Assembly (NCBI RefSeq): GCF_963921235.1
Contig: NC_086106.1
Span: 21,638,001 to 21,702,000 of the forward strand
Length of the DNA: 64,000 nt
Reading direction: 5' to 3'
Origin: Mobula hypostoma
Taxonomy: Eukaryota
Shown: positions 12,986-24,339 of the stretch, in pieces
How the letters are laid out: every line of letters starts with the position of its first letter
Position numbering within the stretch: the stretch's first letter is position 1
The notes under the pieces: generated by a model
Database searches by the model: none
What the model saw: only the letters and a program-made list of their open reading frames with translations
What the model was told of the DNA's origin: nothing
Made by a program: the position numbers and the translations under genes

Positions 12986-13044
12986 TTAACATGCTACTAT
13001 ATATTTACAATGTAGAAAACAATTTGAAGTTTATTGTCTTGGTC

Positions 13045-13310
13045 ATTGCGGCTGGTGGCGCAGTGACATCAGCGCCGGACTCTGCAGCGAAGGTTTCCGA
13101 GTTCGAATACAGTCGAGTCGCCCCGGGCACGCTTTCCATCTGTGCTGTGTTCAGAGTTGAGCTCGCAACTTGGCCTCGGAAAAATAAAAAAAGTAAAACA
13201 AAACTGCGCTGTAAGAAGGACATGGGGGACCACTCACAGAATCTTCCCTCCTGACGACCACTTGAAAAAGTGGTCGCCGAGGCTTTGGCAGAGTACGGCG
13301 CACACAACGA
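13045..13310 (+). mobile_element. tRNA-derived SINE
   Basis: A-box TGGCGCAGTGA, B-box GAGTTCGAATAC and an A-rich tract; absent from the homologous position in cassette 2 (~37815). Confidence 0.65.
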
Positions 13311-14779
13311 AATGTGGGAATATTCGGATAGATAGTTCAGTCCCTCTAAATTAGATGGAACCGCAACGTCTGACTATGAGTCCGCCGTGGATTGTCCCGT
13401 TTGATATTTTTTTGTTTTATGTTCTGTGAGATGTCCAGCGGTAGATGATCCGTCGTTTTATAATTCCCTATCTCCAACGGATTATTAATCGTTTTGTCCT
13501 TTTTTGTCCAGTTAAGGACATTTGCTTTGCAATAAGAGCTCTGAAATTATTATACACAGGACTTAGAGGAACTCTTTGCTGGCTTGTCTAAATATGCGAT
13601 TATTCATTAGCTACTGATTTCCAAAAGGAAAAAAAAAAAGCACGAGAATTTATACAATGGCTCAGGGGAAGTTCAGGAACGAGTTTCCTCAGTTGCTCAA
13701 ATATCCTGTCAACCTATTTGGGAAATTAATGAAACAACTAAATTAGATTTGAAAATGTCTCAGTAGCATCTTATTATAGAATCTTCCCATGCATTTTATG
13801 CTAAATTGCATACTTTGAAATGTGGAAGATTTGAGTTCTGCAGTCATTAATCACGCTCTATTCCATATTAATATAACCTCAACATAATTTCAAGATACGA
13901 TTCCTATGTTCCCCGTAATACTTGCATAATAATTTTCTGAAAAATGTGTGACATTGCCTTGAAATTGCTCAAATAATCACTCTGAACAGATGATTCAAAA
14001 CAGCGATTTCCATGGATACGTGATCTCGTAGAGAAAGAAAATGCACGACACATTGGTTCTTTAAAATTTCGATAATTTGTTTAAAAAGAAACGTTTCGAT
14101 TTGTCGTAAACGAATGGTCCTTAATAAGTTGACGTTACAAATGGTGCGATGTTCGTGTCTATTTATTGTTACTTTTTTGCATCCGTTATACGGGGTTGTT
14201 CGATTGTGTGTTCGTGGAGCTCCCTGACTTTAGTCGCCTCCCTTGTCTGTATGTGACTGAATGCGTTGTTTTCGTTTTCACATGCAGGGTTCGTTGACAA
14301 TGTCACCAAACAGTGTTTATTGCCGTCTGTAATTATTCTGGCAACTCACTGCAGTGGAGAAATAGTTGGCAGACGGTGCAGGAGAAAAATGAAGTTACTG
14401 CATCTAAGTCCTGGCGAATGTAAAACTTTACAGGATTTATTAAGTAGAAGTTCGAACATTTGGGAAATAATCTTACAGAGCCTAACACCCAGACAGATAT
14501 CGGATCTACCTGTTCTATTGTGTAAACTTCTATTTTTTTTTCTTTCACCTATGTAAGGGAAAGACGAAAAGGAAAAAAAAAATGAACAATATCTTGACTT
14601 AGAAACACTGAGGCACTCTGTAGAAATAAGTTGCTCATCGATTTAGCACGTTAAGAGCCATGAGAACGGAATGATTGTCCATGTTTGGAATGAAGACCTG
14701 TGTGGCAAGTACAGTATTACACGTCGATAAATTTTATACACATCGGTGTAAAACTTCCTAACCATTCAGTTATGCATAC

Positions 14780-14950
14780 CCACAATGCTGTAGGAACTCA
14801 GCAGGCCGGGCAGAATCTATGGAAAAGAGTAAAGAGGTGATGTTTAGGGCAGAGACAATTTATCGGGATATTCAAAAAAGCTATCTGCCTTGCCGACGTA
14901 CTCCAGCATTTTGGATCTGTGGCTTTGGTTTTCAGCATCCGCAGATTTTC
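14780..14950 (-). mobile_element. Penelope-like LTR remnant
   Basis: Degenerate copy of the ...ctgcctggcctgctgagttc...agcatt... terminal motif found at 26.9, 38.4 and 52.2 kb. Confidence 0.5.
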
Positions 14951-15099
14951 TGTTTCCCTATTCTCTGTGCCCAGTCATCTTCCGTTTTACTTACAGATCA
15001 GTCAGTTTTCATATCTGTTTTTCTTGTTTACACATGGGTATCAGGCTCACTCGTAACTGGGCGTCACCGCTAAATAATTGAGTCTATAGTTTCTGCATG

Positions 15100-15298
15100 A
15101 TATAGAATTACTTTGGCAATCTTCCAAGATTAAGTCACTTAGCACAGGACTTCCCTTTGAATTTATCGATACTTGACAGGGCTATATCCAGACCTACGAT
15201 CAGCATTTCTTCTTCTGCCCACAAATCTCCTGCTGATAACACGATAAGCTGTTCTGCATATGTGAATGAACCCTTGCTGCTCCTCCAACACAGCACGG
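15100..15298 (-). pseudogene. Possible relic of a leaderless 'supporting' TCR V downstream of J
   Basis: Acceptor TCTCAATAG 204 nt after the J donor; fragments VL.LEEQQG / SCYQQ / IDKFKG across frameshifts; no YYC or RSS found. Confidence 0.25.
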
Positions 15299-15502
15299 CT
15301 ATTGAGATGCGATGCTTTTACAATAATTGTACCTTTCCAAAGACGAGGTCCAGGACGGCTATCAAAACGCGTTATTCTTTATCATGCAGAACTTTACAGC
15401 TTCTATCTCTGAAATATCAATTAAATTTGATATCTTTTTAAAAAATGCCCTTGCAAACTTTGAGGAAACAGCTTTATGAAGTTGGCTTGTTCCGATACTT
15501 AC

Positions 15503-15557
15503 TGACTGTGACAGTGACCGTGGAAACGGTTCCATCTACATAGCTAGTGTAGTAATT
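15503..15557 (-). other. J segment, cassette 1 (NYYTSYVDGTVSTVTVTV)
   Basis: Preceded by 23-RSS (heptamer CGCAGTG 15558-15564, 23-nt spacer, nonamer AATTCTTGT 15588-15596); ends phase 1 at a GTAAGT donor (15497-15502). Confidence 0.8.
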
Positions 15558-15902
15558 CACTGCGATTTAACTCTCAGTCTCACTGGTACAAGAATTATCT
15601 CCACCTCAATGTAATCTGTAGCCGTCATTGGACAGTGTACAACTATTCCAGACTATAAAAACATAAGAAACAACAGTCAGCGTTCCTCAAAGCCCTGTGA
15701 AGTTAACTGTGAAAAAGAAATCTCTGTAAAGTGGCCACTTCATACTTTCTGAATGTCGGTTTTTTAAAGGGCTGTAAGTGTCCAAGAAAAAAAAATCCCG
15801 AAAGAGGCAATGTACAATGGAATTCACCAGGTCATAGTGGTAAAGTAATCCAACATGTGTTTCTCTTTCCCGATTCGAGAATAGAGAATATCGGGGCTGA
15901 GA

Positions 15903-15968
15903 GTTTTGTTCGATTATCCTCCGCTGCGTGTCCTAACATCCACAGTGTTTCATGTCAGGTTCAAATCG
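15903..15968 (-). other. D segment, cassette 1 (GATGTTAGGA, 15931-15940) with flanking 12-type RSSs
   Basis: Perfect 5' heptamer CACTGTG (15941-15947); 3' heptamer CACGCAG, 12 nt, GAACAAAAC; 5' nonamer weak. Confidence 0.7.
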
Positions 15969-16285
15969 CATAACAGGATTGGTTCGGAGATAAATGCATC
16001 CCAACTGCTATTCCAGCATCCATGCCATTGGAGTAAGATCCCATCTGAAGTAAGGAGAATGGGAGGAGGGTAAATCAGTTTTTAGTTGCTCTTCGCTACC
16101 CAATGTTTGGGAAAGCTGGGTTTATAAATGCAAATTCAGAAGAGAAAAAGAAGCTACAGCATGAACACTGAACTTCCAGTCTCATTGAAAGCTATTCTGT
16201 ATAGAACACAGGCGAAGTGTCTGATCGAATTACAGACAGATTAACTACTCTCCTTAAACAGTAGATGGTATATTTTAACAGCGAG

Positions 16286-16323
16286 TATTTGTGTACGGCG
16301 GGAATCCCTTTTCCAGTTCTGTG
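16286..16323 (-). other. V recombination signal (22-nt spacer), cassette 1
   Basis: CACAGAA, 22 nt, ACACAAATA directly after ...YFCNVEYKY. Confidence 0.75.
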
Positions 16324-16797
16324 TATATTTATATTCAACGTTACAGAAATAGGTGGCGATGTCTGAAACTAAAAGATTCATAGATTTCAGGGTAATTGTC
16401 ATTTCTGATTTATTTTCCGTTACTACATCTTCCTCCTGTGTAGATACGCTGGATTTCCTTTCCGGGCTGTTTCTATTTGAAAAAAAAACTGTCTGGTTAC
16501 AAAAATATCCCATTGTCTAGCATGGAACTTGCATGCGATGGTGAGAGACTGATATTCACTTTTCGTTACCGCTGTCGGGTTCTGGGTCACGGATTGGCAG
16601 AAGAAATCTGGAAAATAAGAATATGCATTTGCAAAGCGGCATTAGACGTGAATCACGCACGACAGATAATATTATGAGCTCATGAGATTCCGAATCTACG
16701 TTTTCAGTTTTATATTTAACTCTCATACTGCGTAAGGTTGTGAATGGTACTCACGGCGAAAGAAGACGCACAGCGTGACATTTAAGAGAAAGTTCAT
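16324..16797 (-). pseudogene. VNAR-like (NAR-TCR-type) V pseudogene with split leader, cassette 1
   Basis: Leader exon 16755-16797 (MNFLLNVTLCVFFR, GTGAGT donor), 147-nt intron, V exon from 16607: FFCQSVTQNPTAVTKSEYQSLTIACKFH...QFF...QRIYTGGR..VTENKSEMTITLKSMNLLVSDIATYFC; two frameshifts; CDR2 region short as in VNAR. Confidence 0.85.
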
Positions 16798-16822
16798 CTT
16801 TTCCTCTCCGGGTGTCGGATGG

Positions 16823-16828
16823 TTTATA
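16823..16828 (-). promoter_or_regulatory. TATA-like box of the NAR-type V
   Basis: TATAAA 26 nt upstream of the leader ATG; conserved at ~40036 in cassette 2. Confidence 0.5.
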
Positions 16829-17299
16829 TTACAGAGAGCTAGAATGCTGTTGTAGGTTATTCCTTTAACTGGACAGTAACACGTCGGCCGTTTGCTGTTG
16901 CAGAGTTATGCAATTGCCTCTCTGCTTCCGAATTACCGTTTGTGCGAAGAAAACGTCAGGTTTAATGAGCAATCGTTGTGGTTCTGTTTTCACAACTTCT
17001 TTGCAAGCTCCTCCTGCCTGTTTTAACGCCAACAGGGGTAATGCTTCGTCCTTTGAATAAATACAAAATGACGGAGGAGATGGGAAAAGGAAATGACATA
17101 ATTTACCAGTGCCAGTGTGAAAAGAAAACTCGTCAGGATAACTGTGAGTGTCACTAGGTTTGTAAAGATATTAGCAGATGTCTCTGGGAGAGTGAGTCAG
17201 AATGATTGAGAACGGCGAACACGGTGTCAGAAATGGAACAAGTAAATTGTTGGACGCTGTGGAAGTTGGAGTCAAAGTCGCTGATATTGACGAGCTATT

Positions 17300-20200
17300 A
17301 AGCTCTAGCTACCTTAATCTCTGATCATAATCCATTCTCTCTTAACCAGGAGGCATCTGGCTAAATCTCCTCTGTACCCTTTCCAATTCTTTCACATTCT
17401 TCCTATAGTGAGGCTACGAGAAACGGACACAGTACTCCAAATGCGGCCTAACCAGAGTGTTATAAAGCTGCATCATTACCTGCATCATAGGCTTTTTTCA
17501 TTGAGAGTGGGGGAAATTCAAACAAGAGGACATGAGTTGAGAGTTAAAGGGCAAACGTTTAGGGGTAACCTGAGGGGGGGATTTCCTTACTCAGCGAGTG
17601 GTAGCTGTGTGGAACGAGCTTCCAGCAGAAGTGTTTGAGGCAGGTTCGATGTTGCGCTTAAAGTTAATTTGGACAGCTATATGGACAGGAAAGGATTGGA
17701 GGGTTATGGGCTGAATGCAGGTCGGTGAGACTAGGTAACAGTAAGCGTTCGGCACCGACTAGAAGGGCCGAGATGGCCTGTTTCCGTGCTGTAATTGCAA
17801 TATGGTTATATTTTTATATGGTTATACAAAGCCATGTTGTCTGTCCCTAATCAGACCATGAGTCTCCAAATGTCCATAGATCCTATGTCCAAGAATCTTT
17901 TCCAACAGCATTCCCACCACAGACGTAAGACTTATTAGTCTATAATTACCCGGTCTACCTCTACTACCTTTTCAACAAGGGGACAACATTCCCCACCCTC
18001 CAAACATCCGGTACCATTCCCGTAGACAAGGAGGACATAAAGATCTTAACCAGAGGCTCAGCAATTTCTTCCCCCGTCTCGTTCAGCAGCGTGGGGAGTA
18101 TTCCGTCAGGCCCTGGGGATTTATCCGTCCAAATGTATGTTAACAACTCCTTCACCTCCTCTGCCTTAATATCAACATGCTCCAGAACATTAACCTTACT
18201 CATAGCGTCTTCACCAGCGTTAAGTTCCCTCTCATTTTTGAGTACCGAAGAGAAGCATTCATTGAGGACCTCGCTCAGTTCTACAGACTCCAGGCACATC
18301 TTCCCACCTTTCTCCCTAATTGGTCCTACCTTCACTCTTGTCATCCTTTTTTTCTTCACATGTTTGAAGAATACCTTGGTGTTTTCCTTTACTGCACTCG
18401 CTTCCTTCTTGCTCTTCTCAACCCCTTCTTAAGCTTCGTTCCTGCTACCCTATATTGACCCATCTGATCCTTGCTTCCTGAACCTCATGTATGCTGCTTT
18501 CCTCCAACTAACTAGATTTTCCACCTCATTTGTCACTCATGGTTCCTTCAACCTACCATTCTTTATCTTCCTCATCGGGACAAATTTATCCCAACATCGT
18601 GCAAGAGATCTCTAAACATCGACCACATGTCCACAGTAGATTTCCCCGAAAAAGCATCATCCCAATTCACACCCGCAAGTTCTATCCTTATAGACTCAAC
18701 ATTTTCCTTCCCCAATTTAAAATGTTATTGTCCTCTCTGATACCATTATTTCCATGATAATTCTGAAGGCAAGGGAGTGGTGGTCACTGTCCCCCAGATG
18801 CTCAACCAGTGAGAGATCTGTGACCTGGCCCGGTTCGTTACCTAATACTAGATCTAGTATGGAATTCCCCCTAGTCGGCCTGTCAAATACTCTGACAGGT
18901 GCCAGCCAAATCTCTGTATTGGCCACTGCATCATAGTTCCATGTATGTATCCAAGATCTCAGTTCATCACCTTTGTTCCTTATGCTTTTTGCATTGAAGT
19001 ACCCGGACTTTAGCCCTTCCACCTTCGTACCTTTACACCCTTTATTCTGCTTCTCTTTCCTCAAAGCCTCTCTACATGTTAGATTTGGCTTTACTCCATG
19101 CACTTCATTCACTGCACTATCGCTCGGGATCCCATCCCCCGTGCAAATTTGTTTAAACCCTCCCGAAACATGCTAACAAACCTCCCTGCAAGGATATTGC
19201 TCGCCCTAGAGTTCAGATGCAACCCATCCAAACTGTACAGGTTCCACCTTCCCCAGAAGAGATCCCAATGACCTAAAAGTCTAAAACCCTGGCACCTGCG
19301 CCAACTCCTCAGCCACGTATTCAAGTGTCATCTCCTCCTAGTCTTACCATCACTATCACGTAGCACTGGCATCAATCCTGAGAACACCACCCTTGAGTTT
19401 CTGTTCTTCAGCCCTCTGCATAGTTCCCGAAACTCACAATTCAGGACCTTATCCCTTTTCTTGTCTATGTGGTTGATGCCAACATTTATCACTACTTATG
19501 GTTGCTTTCCCTCTCGTACCAGGATGTCGTGCACCCGATCACAGACATCCCGGACCCTGGCACCTGAGAGGCAACAACCAATTGAGGGTGTCCTCTAACG
19601 TCCAGAAAATCTCCAGTCTGCTCCCATGACTATAGCATCTGCAATGACGACAGCTCTCCGCTTCTCCGTCCCACCCTTCTGCACCACAGTGTCAGACTCA
19701 GTGCCACTGGCCCTGCCACCGTGGCTCACACCTGGCCGGTCGTCCGCGCCAACAGTATCCGGGACGGTAAAGTTACTATTCAGGGTAATGGATACAGGGG
19801 TGCTCTGCACTACCTGTCTACACACTTTCGCTTTCCCCCCTCTGACTGTCACCCACAGACCTGTTTCTGGCAGCCTAGGTCTGACTACCGTCCCGTAGCA
19901 CTCATCTATGAATACCTCATTCTCCCTTACGAGTTTAAAGTCATCCGATTTCTTACATGGTCTTCCAGATTGCCCAGCCGCATGCACTTTTGGCAGATGT
20001 GACTATGCAGGAGAGCGCAGTTCCCCCAAGTCTGCCACATCTCACATGAGAGGCACATCAGTGTCTCAGGATATATTGTAAAGACTAACTGGGAACAAGC
20101 TCGTCCTCCGGCTCTTCTCGTCGAAGCCTCTCGTGTCAAACACTCAAAGCTCCACACCTTCACTGGCCCACTCGCTCACTGGCCGATTTTCCACAGGCCG

Positions 20201-20330
20201 CTCCGCTTGAGCTACCCCTCTATTTATTTGCTTGAGCTGTTCAAACTACTTGGTCGCCTGACCTCGCGTTCCCAATCAGCTGCTTTCTGCTGAGTCTGGG
20301 CTATTGAAATCTTTTTTTTTTTTTCGGCTG
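17300..20330 (-). mobile_element. Composite CR1 insertion (minus-strand ORF2/ORF1/5'UTR with a plus-strand CR1 3' end at ~17490-17830)
   Basis: ORFs 17964-18359 and 18717-19112 (APE); ORF1 zinc-finger CLSCEMWQ (19927-20163); absent from cassette 2. Confidence 0.88.
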
Positions 20331-21124
20331 TTCCGTTCTTTATTTCACTTATAATGTGTGCGATAAACTAAGATCGCAGTCTGGCTAGTTTTGTCGAAAT
20401 ATTTTCACTATACAGACAACAACATCAGCAAAGCCAGCTGCTAATAAACTCACTCAGCTGTGCCTACAATGACAAGAAATTTAACAGATGTACCTCTGTA
20501 CCGCTCCGAGTATATTGTAATCCTCCCTAAACAGGAATATTGCTCATGGACTGTGAGGCACGGCATCTAGCCGGCTTTATTTATTCAAGGTGTTCGTATA
20601 GTGATGATTAAAAGTGAGTGCACTGATGAATTCGCTGTTCTATTTCTACAAATATTCAAGCCATTCATGCAGTGTATATCAAATTGAAGCGAAACAACCT
20701 GTCTCTTTTCTCTGACATGATTATTCCACGCAAACAATATCACTCTTACTTTCTCAATCACGCACACTGTCACTCTCCGTTTCATATGAGCCACTGACTT
20801 GTTTCTATTATTGGAAATGGAATGAGTAAATTATCTCTTGATGGCTAGAAGAAGAACACACCAACAATCGGAAAGCGTCGGGCGTATTTTTTTTTGTGAA
20901 ATGGATTGTTATGTTTTTGCGATGCCTTTCTTTTCTGATATGGAAACGAAATAGTATTTTCTTGAATTCTTGGAAAATGTTTCATTCCAGGTACAGGGTG
21001 CCAAATGGGGCTTCATGTACAACAAGTTTATCAACGATTTTCCAATCTTAATTTTTCAAGGACTAACATAAATGTGACGTAACAAATGTACTTTGCATAT
21101 TACGTGTGTTGTAATTAGGTATAT

Positions 21125-21177
<53 letters not shown>

Positions 21178-21181
21178 TGTG
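21125..21181. repeat. (GT)n microsatellite
   Basis: Direct reading; homologous to the one at 41541-41580. Confidence 0.95.
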
Positions 21182-21419
21182 CAACAGTCTCTGGATGCTC
21201 AATTTAAATAATATTTACAGAGAATGTGGAAACTGAAATGTTAAAACAATGCTTATGACTGAAAGAAGATGCATTCACTGACATTCGGAAGCAGGTTAGC
21301 TGTCTTATCGAACTATCCCAGTAGTTACGAGTTGTGGCTGTGATTTTTAACCGCTTCAGAGGCAAAGGTAGAAGAAACAACTCTTAGAATACATCGTATT
21401 TAATCTGGTAAATAAACAA

Positions 21420-23200
21420 TAAGATATTAAGATATAGGGACATTTACATGGACAGGCTTTTCTGCAATGCCGCCCACCAATTTTCGTATCATCTGTAAAG
21501 TTAGCATCAACGCCATCTATTTATCTAAATCATTTATATATTGCACAAAAAAGTGGTTTCAACACCCACAACAACAGAACATCAATAGCAACTGGCAGCC
21601 AATCAGACAATGATCATTTTTATCCCACTCGCTGCCTCCTACCAATCAGCCAATGCTCTGAACATGTTCGTATCTTTCCTGTCATACTATGCTTTCTTAC
21701 ATTGGTAAGCAGCCTTATATGTGACACCTTGTCAAAGGCCTTCTAAACGTGCAAATATACAACATCAGCTACATCCACTTTATCTGTCCTACTTGAAATC
21801 ACGAAAAATATTTTAAACAGGTTTGTCAGGCAATATTATCCCTTAAGGAAACCATTCTGAATTTGTCCTATCTTGCCCTGTGTCATCAAGTACTCCATGA
21901 CCTCAGCCTAAACAATTGACTCTAGCAACTTCCAAATAACTGAGGTCGGGCTAATTGATCGATAATTTCCTTCATTCTCTGACAGGGTGGGGTGACATTG
22001 GCAATTTTGCAGTCATCTGACAATGTCAGAGACCAATGATGATTGCTTAATCATTACTAAAGTGGAAACAATCTCTAACGATACCTCTTTTTAGAACACG
22101 TGTGTGCAGTTCATCTTTCCGGGTGACTTCGGTACCTTTTAGCATTTCAGCTTATGGAATACTTGTACTTGTAACAGTAACTTCACCCAATACTCTTCCT
22201 TCCCACACTACAACATCTGACACCCTGCTCGTTGTTTCCGCAGCCAAGACCAGACAAAATACTCATTTAGTCCTTTTGCCATTTCCTCGTCCCATGTTAC
22301 TGTTTCTCCTGCCCCGTTTTCTAGCCGTCCAATATCCACTCTCACATCTGTTTTATTTTTAACATCCCTGAAAATCCTCTTATTATCCACTTTAATATTA
22401 ACAGCCAGCTTGCGTTCATATTTTACATTTTCCCTTCTAATGATTCGTTTAGTTGATCTTTCTAGTTTAAAAAAGCATCCTACTTGTTCATTTTCCCACT
22501 AACGTTTACTTTGCTGTACGCCTTCTCTTTTATTTTGTCATTAGCATTCACATTCCTTGCCGCCACTGTTGTAATATTTTGCCATTTGAGTATTTCTTCA
22601 TTTTTGGAATGCAAATGTCCTGCTCCTTCCTCATTTTACGCAGAAACGCACGGAATTGAGGTTTTGCTGGCATTCCTGCCAGGAGTTCCATCAAATTTAG
22701 ATTGGCCAACTCCTCTCTCAGACAATTGTAACTACCCTTACTCCTCTAAAATAATGCGACGGCAGACTTTAATTTCTCTCTATCAAATTTCAAGTTGCAT
22801 CCAATAATATCGTGGTCACTGGTTCCTAACGATTCTTTTCTGTTAAGCTTCCTAGTAGCCAAATTTCATTTGATAACATCGATTCCTGTATAGCTGATGA
22901 CACAGAAGGCTCAAGGGCAAACTACTCAAAAAAGCCACCTTTCAAGTATTCAACAAGCTCGGTCTCTTGAATTCCTTTTCCAACCTAATTTTCCCAATCG
23001 ACGTGCCGTTTTTATATCATATTTTCATATATGGACCACCGCCTAGCCACTGTTTGGAGGACCGTATATAAGTGGAATGGGATTCTTTTTTTTTGTCTTG
23101 GAGTTTTTTAACTCAACCCACAATGATTCAACATATTGCAATCATATATCACAAATTTTTACTGATATATATTGACATTTTGTACGCATTTCCTTCCTCG
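21420..23200 (-). mobile_element. Old CR1 LINE with internal deletions
   Basis: ORF 22208-22390 NKRIFRDVKNK...RLENGAGETVT is CR1 ORF2-like; its tail is shared with cassette 2 (~41830). Confidence 0.7.
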
Positions 23201-24339
23201 CAGCATGGTGTGTTCACACAGTTTTCTTTTTTACTTGTCCACCCGGTGTAATTTCCGCTCTATACGTCAATTTGACATGCGATGCTCCAAAAATTACTAA
23301 TCAGCTCCATCATGTGGCCGTCCAATACCACTTTCGAATATTTTTTTTTTTTTTTTGTTCACGCAGTCAGCAACTGATCTACATAGAACATAGAACAGTA
23401 CAGCACAGTACAGACACTTCGGCCCACAATGTTGTGCCGACCCTCAAACCCTGCCTCCCATATAAGAACCCAACTTGGATTCCTCCATATACCTGTCTAG
23501 CAGTCTCTTAAACTTCACTAGTGTATCTGCCTCCATCACTAACTCGGGCAGTGCATTCCGCGCACCAACCACTCTCTAAGTGAAAAAAAAACTTCCTCTA
23601 ATACCCCCCTTGAACTTCCCATCCCTTACCTTAAAGCCATGTCATCTTGTATTGAGCAGTGATGCCCAGGAGAAGAGGCGCTGGCTATCCACTCTACGTA
23701 TTCCTCTTATTATCTTGTACACCTCTATCATGTCTCCTCTCATTCTCCTTCTCTCCAAAGAGTAAAGCACGAGCTCCCTTAAACTCTGATCATAATGCAT
23801 ACTCTCTAAGCCAGGCAGCATCCTGGTAAATCTCCTCTGTACCCTTTCTAATGCTTCCACATCCTTCCTATACTGAGGTGACCAGCACTGGACACAGTAC
23901 TCCAAGTGTGGCCTAACCAGAGTTTTACAAAGCTGCATCATTAGATCGCGACTCTTAAACTCTATCCCTCCACTTATGAAAGCTAACACCCCATAAGCTT
24001 TCTTAACTATCCTATCCACCTGTGACGCAATTTCAGGGATCTGTGGACATGTACCTCGAGATCCCTCTGCTCCTCCACACTACCAAATATCCTGCAATTT
24101 ACTTTGCACTCTGCCTTGGAGTTTGTCCTTCCAAAGTGTACCACCTCACACTTCTCCCGGGTGAAATCCATCTGCCACTTCTCAGCCCACTTGACATTGC
24201 ATCCTATCAATGTCTCTCTGTAATCTTTGAGAATCCTGTACACTATCTACAACACCACCAACCTTGGTGTCGTCTGCAAACTTTCAACCCACCCTTCTAC
24301 CCCCACATCCAAGTCGTTAATATAAATCACGAAAAGTAG

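Larger units (their letters stand above)
11330..21430. repeat. Duplicated unit, copy 1 (NAR-type V-D-J cassette plus flanks)
   Basis: Colinear similarity (roughly 70-75% by eye) to 35660-41850 once TE insertions are removed; includes a shared (GT)n and a shared CR1 tail at the right edge. Confidence 0.85.

Noticed and set aside
13051-13110. tRNA gene
   Set aside because: A and B boxes are present but there is no cloverleaf; it continues into a SINE body.
14400-14530. SRSSNIWEIILQSLTP...FYCV resembling a V FR3
   Set aside because: No W41 context, no heptamer, and opposite strand to the cassette.
16906-16915. Octamer-like ATGCAATT upstream of NAR-type V1
   Set aside because: One mismatch, and not conserved in cassette 2.
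19685-19691. Perfect CACAGTG heptamers here and at 28713
   Set aside because: Part of the CR1 ORF1 consensus; no nonamer or gene segment.
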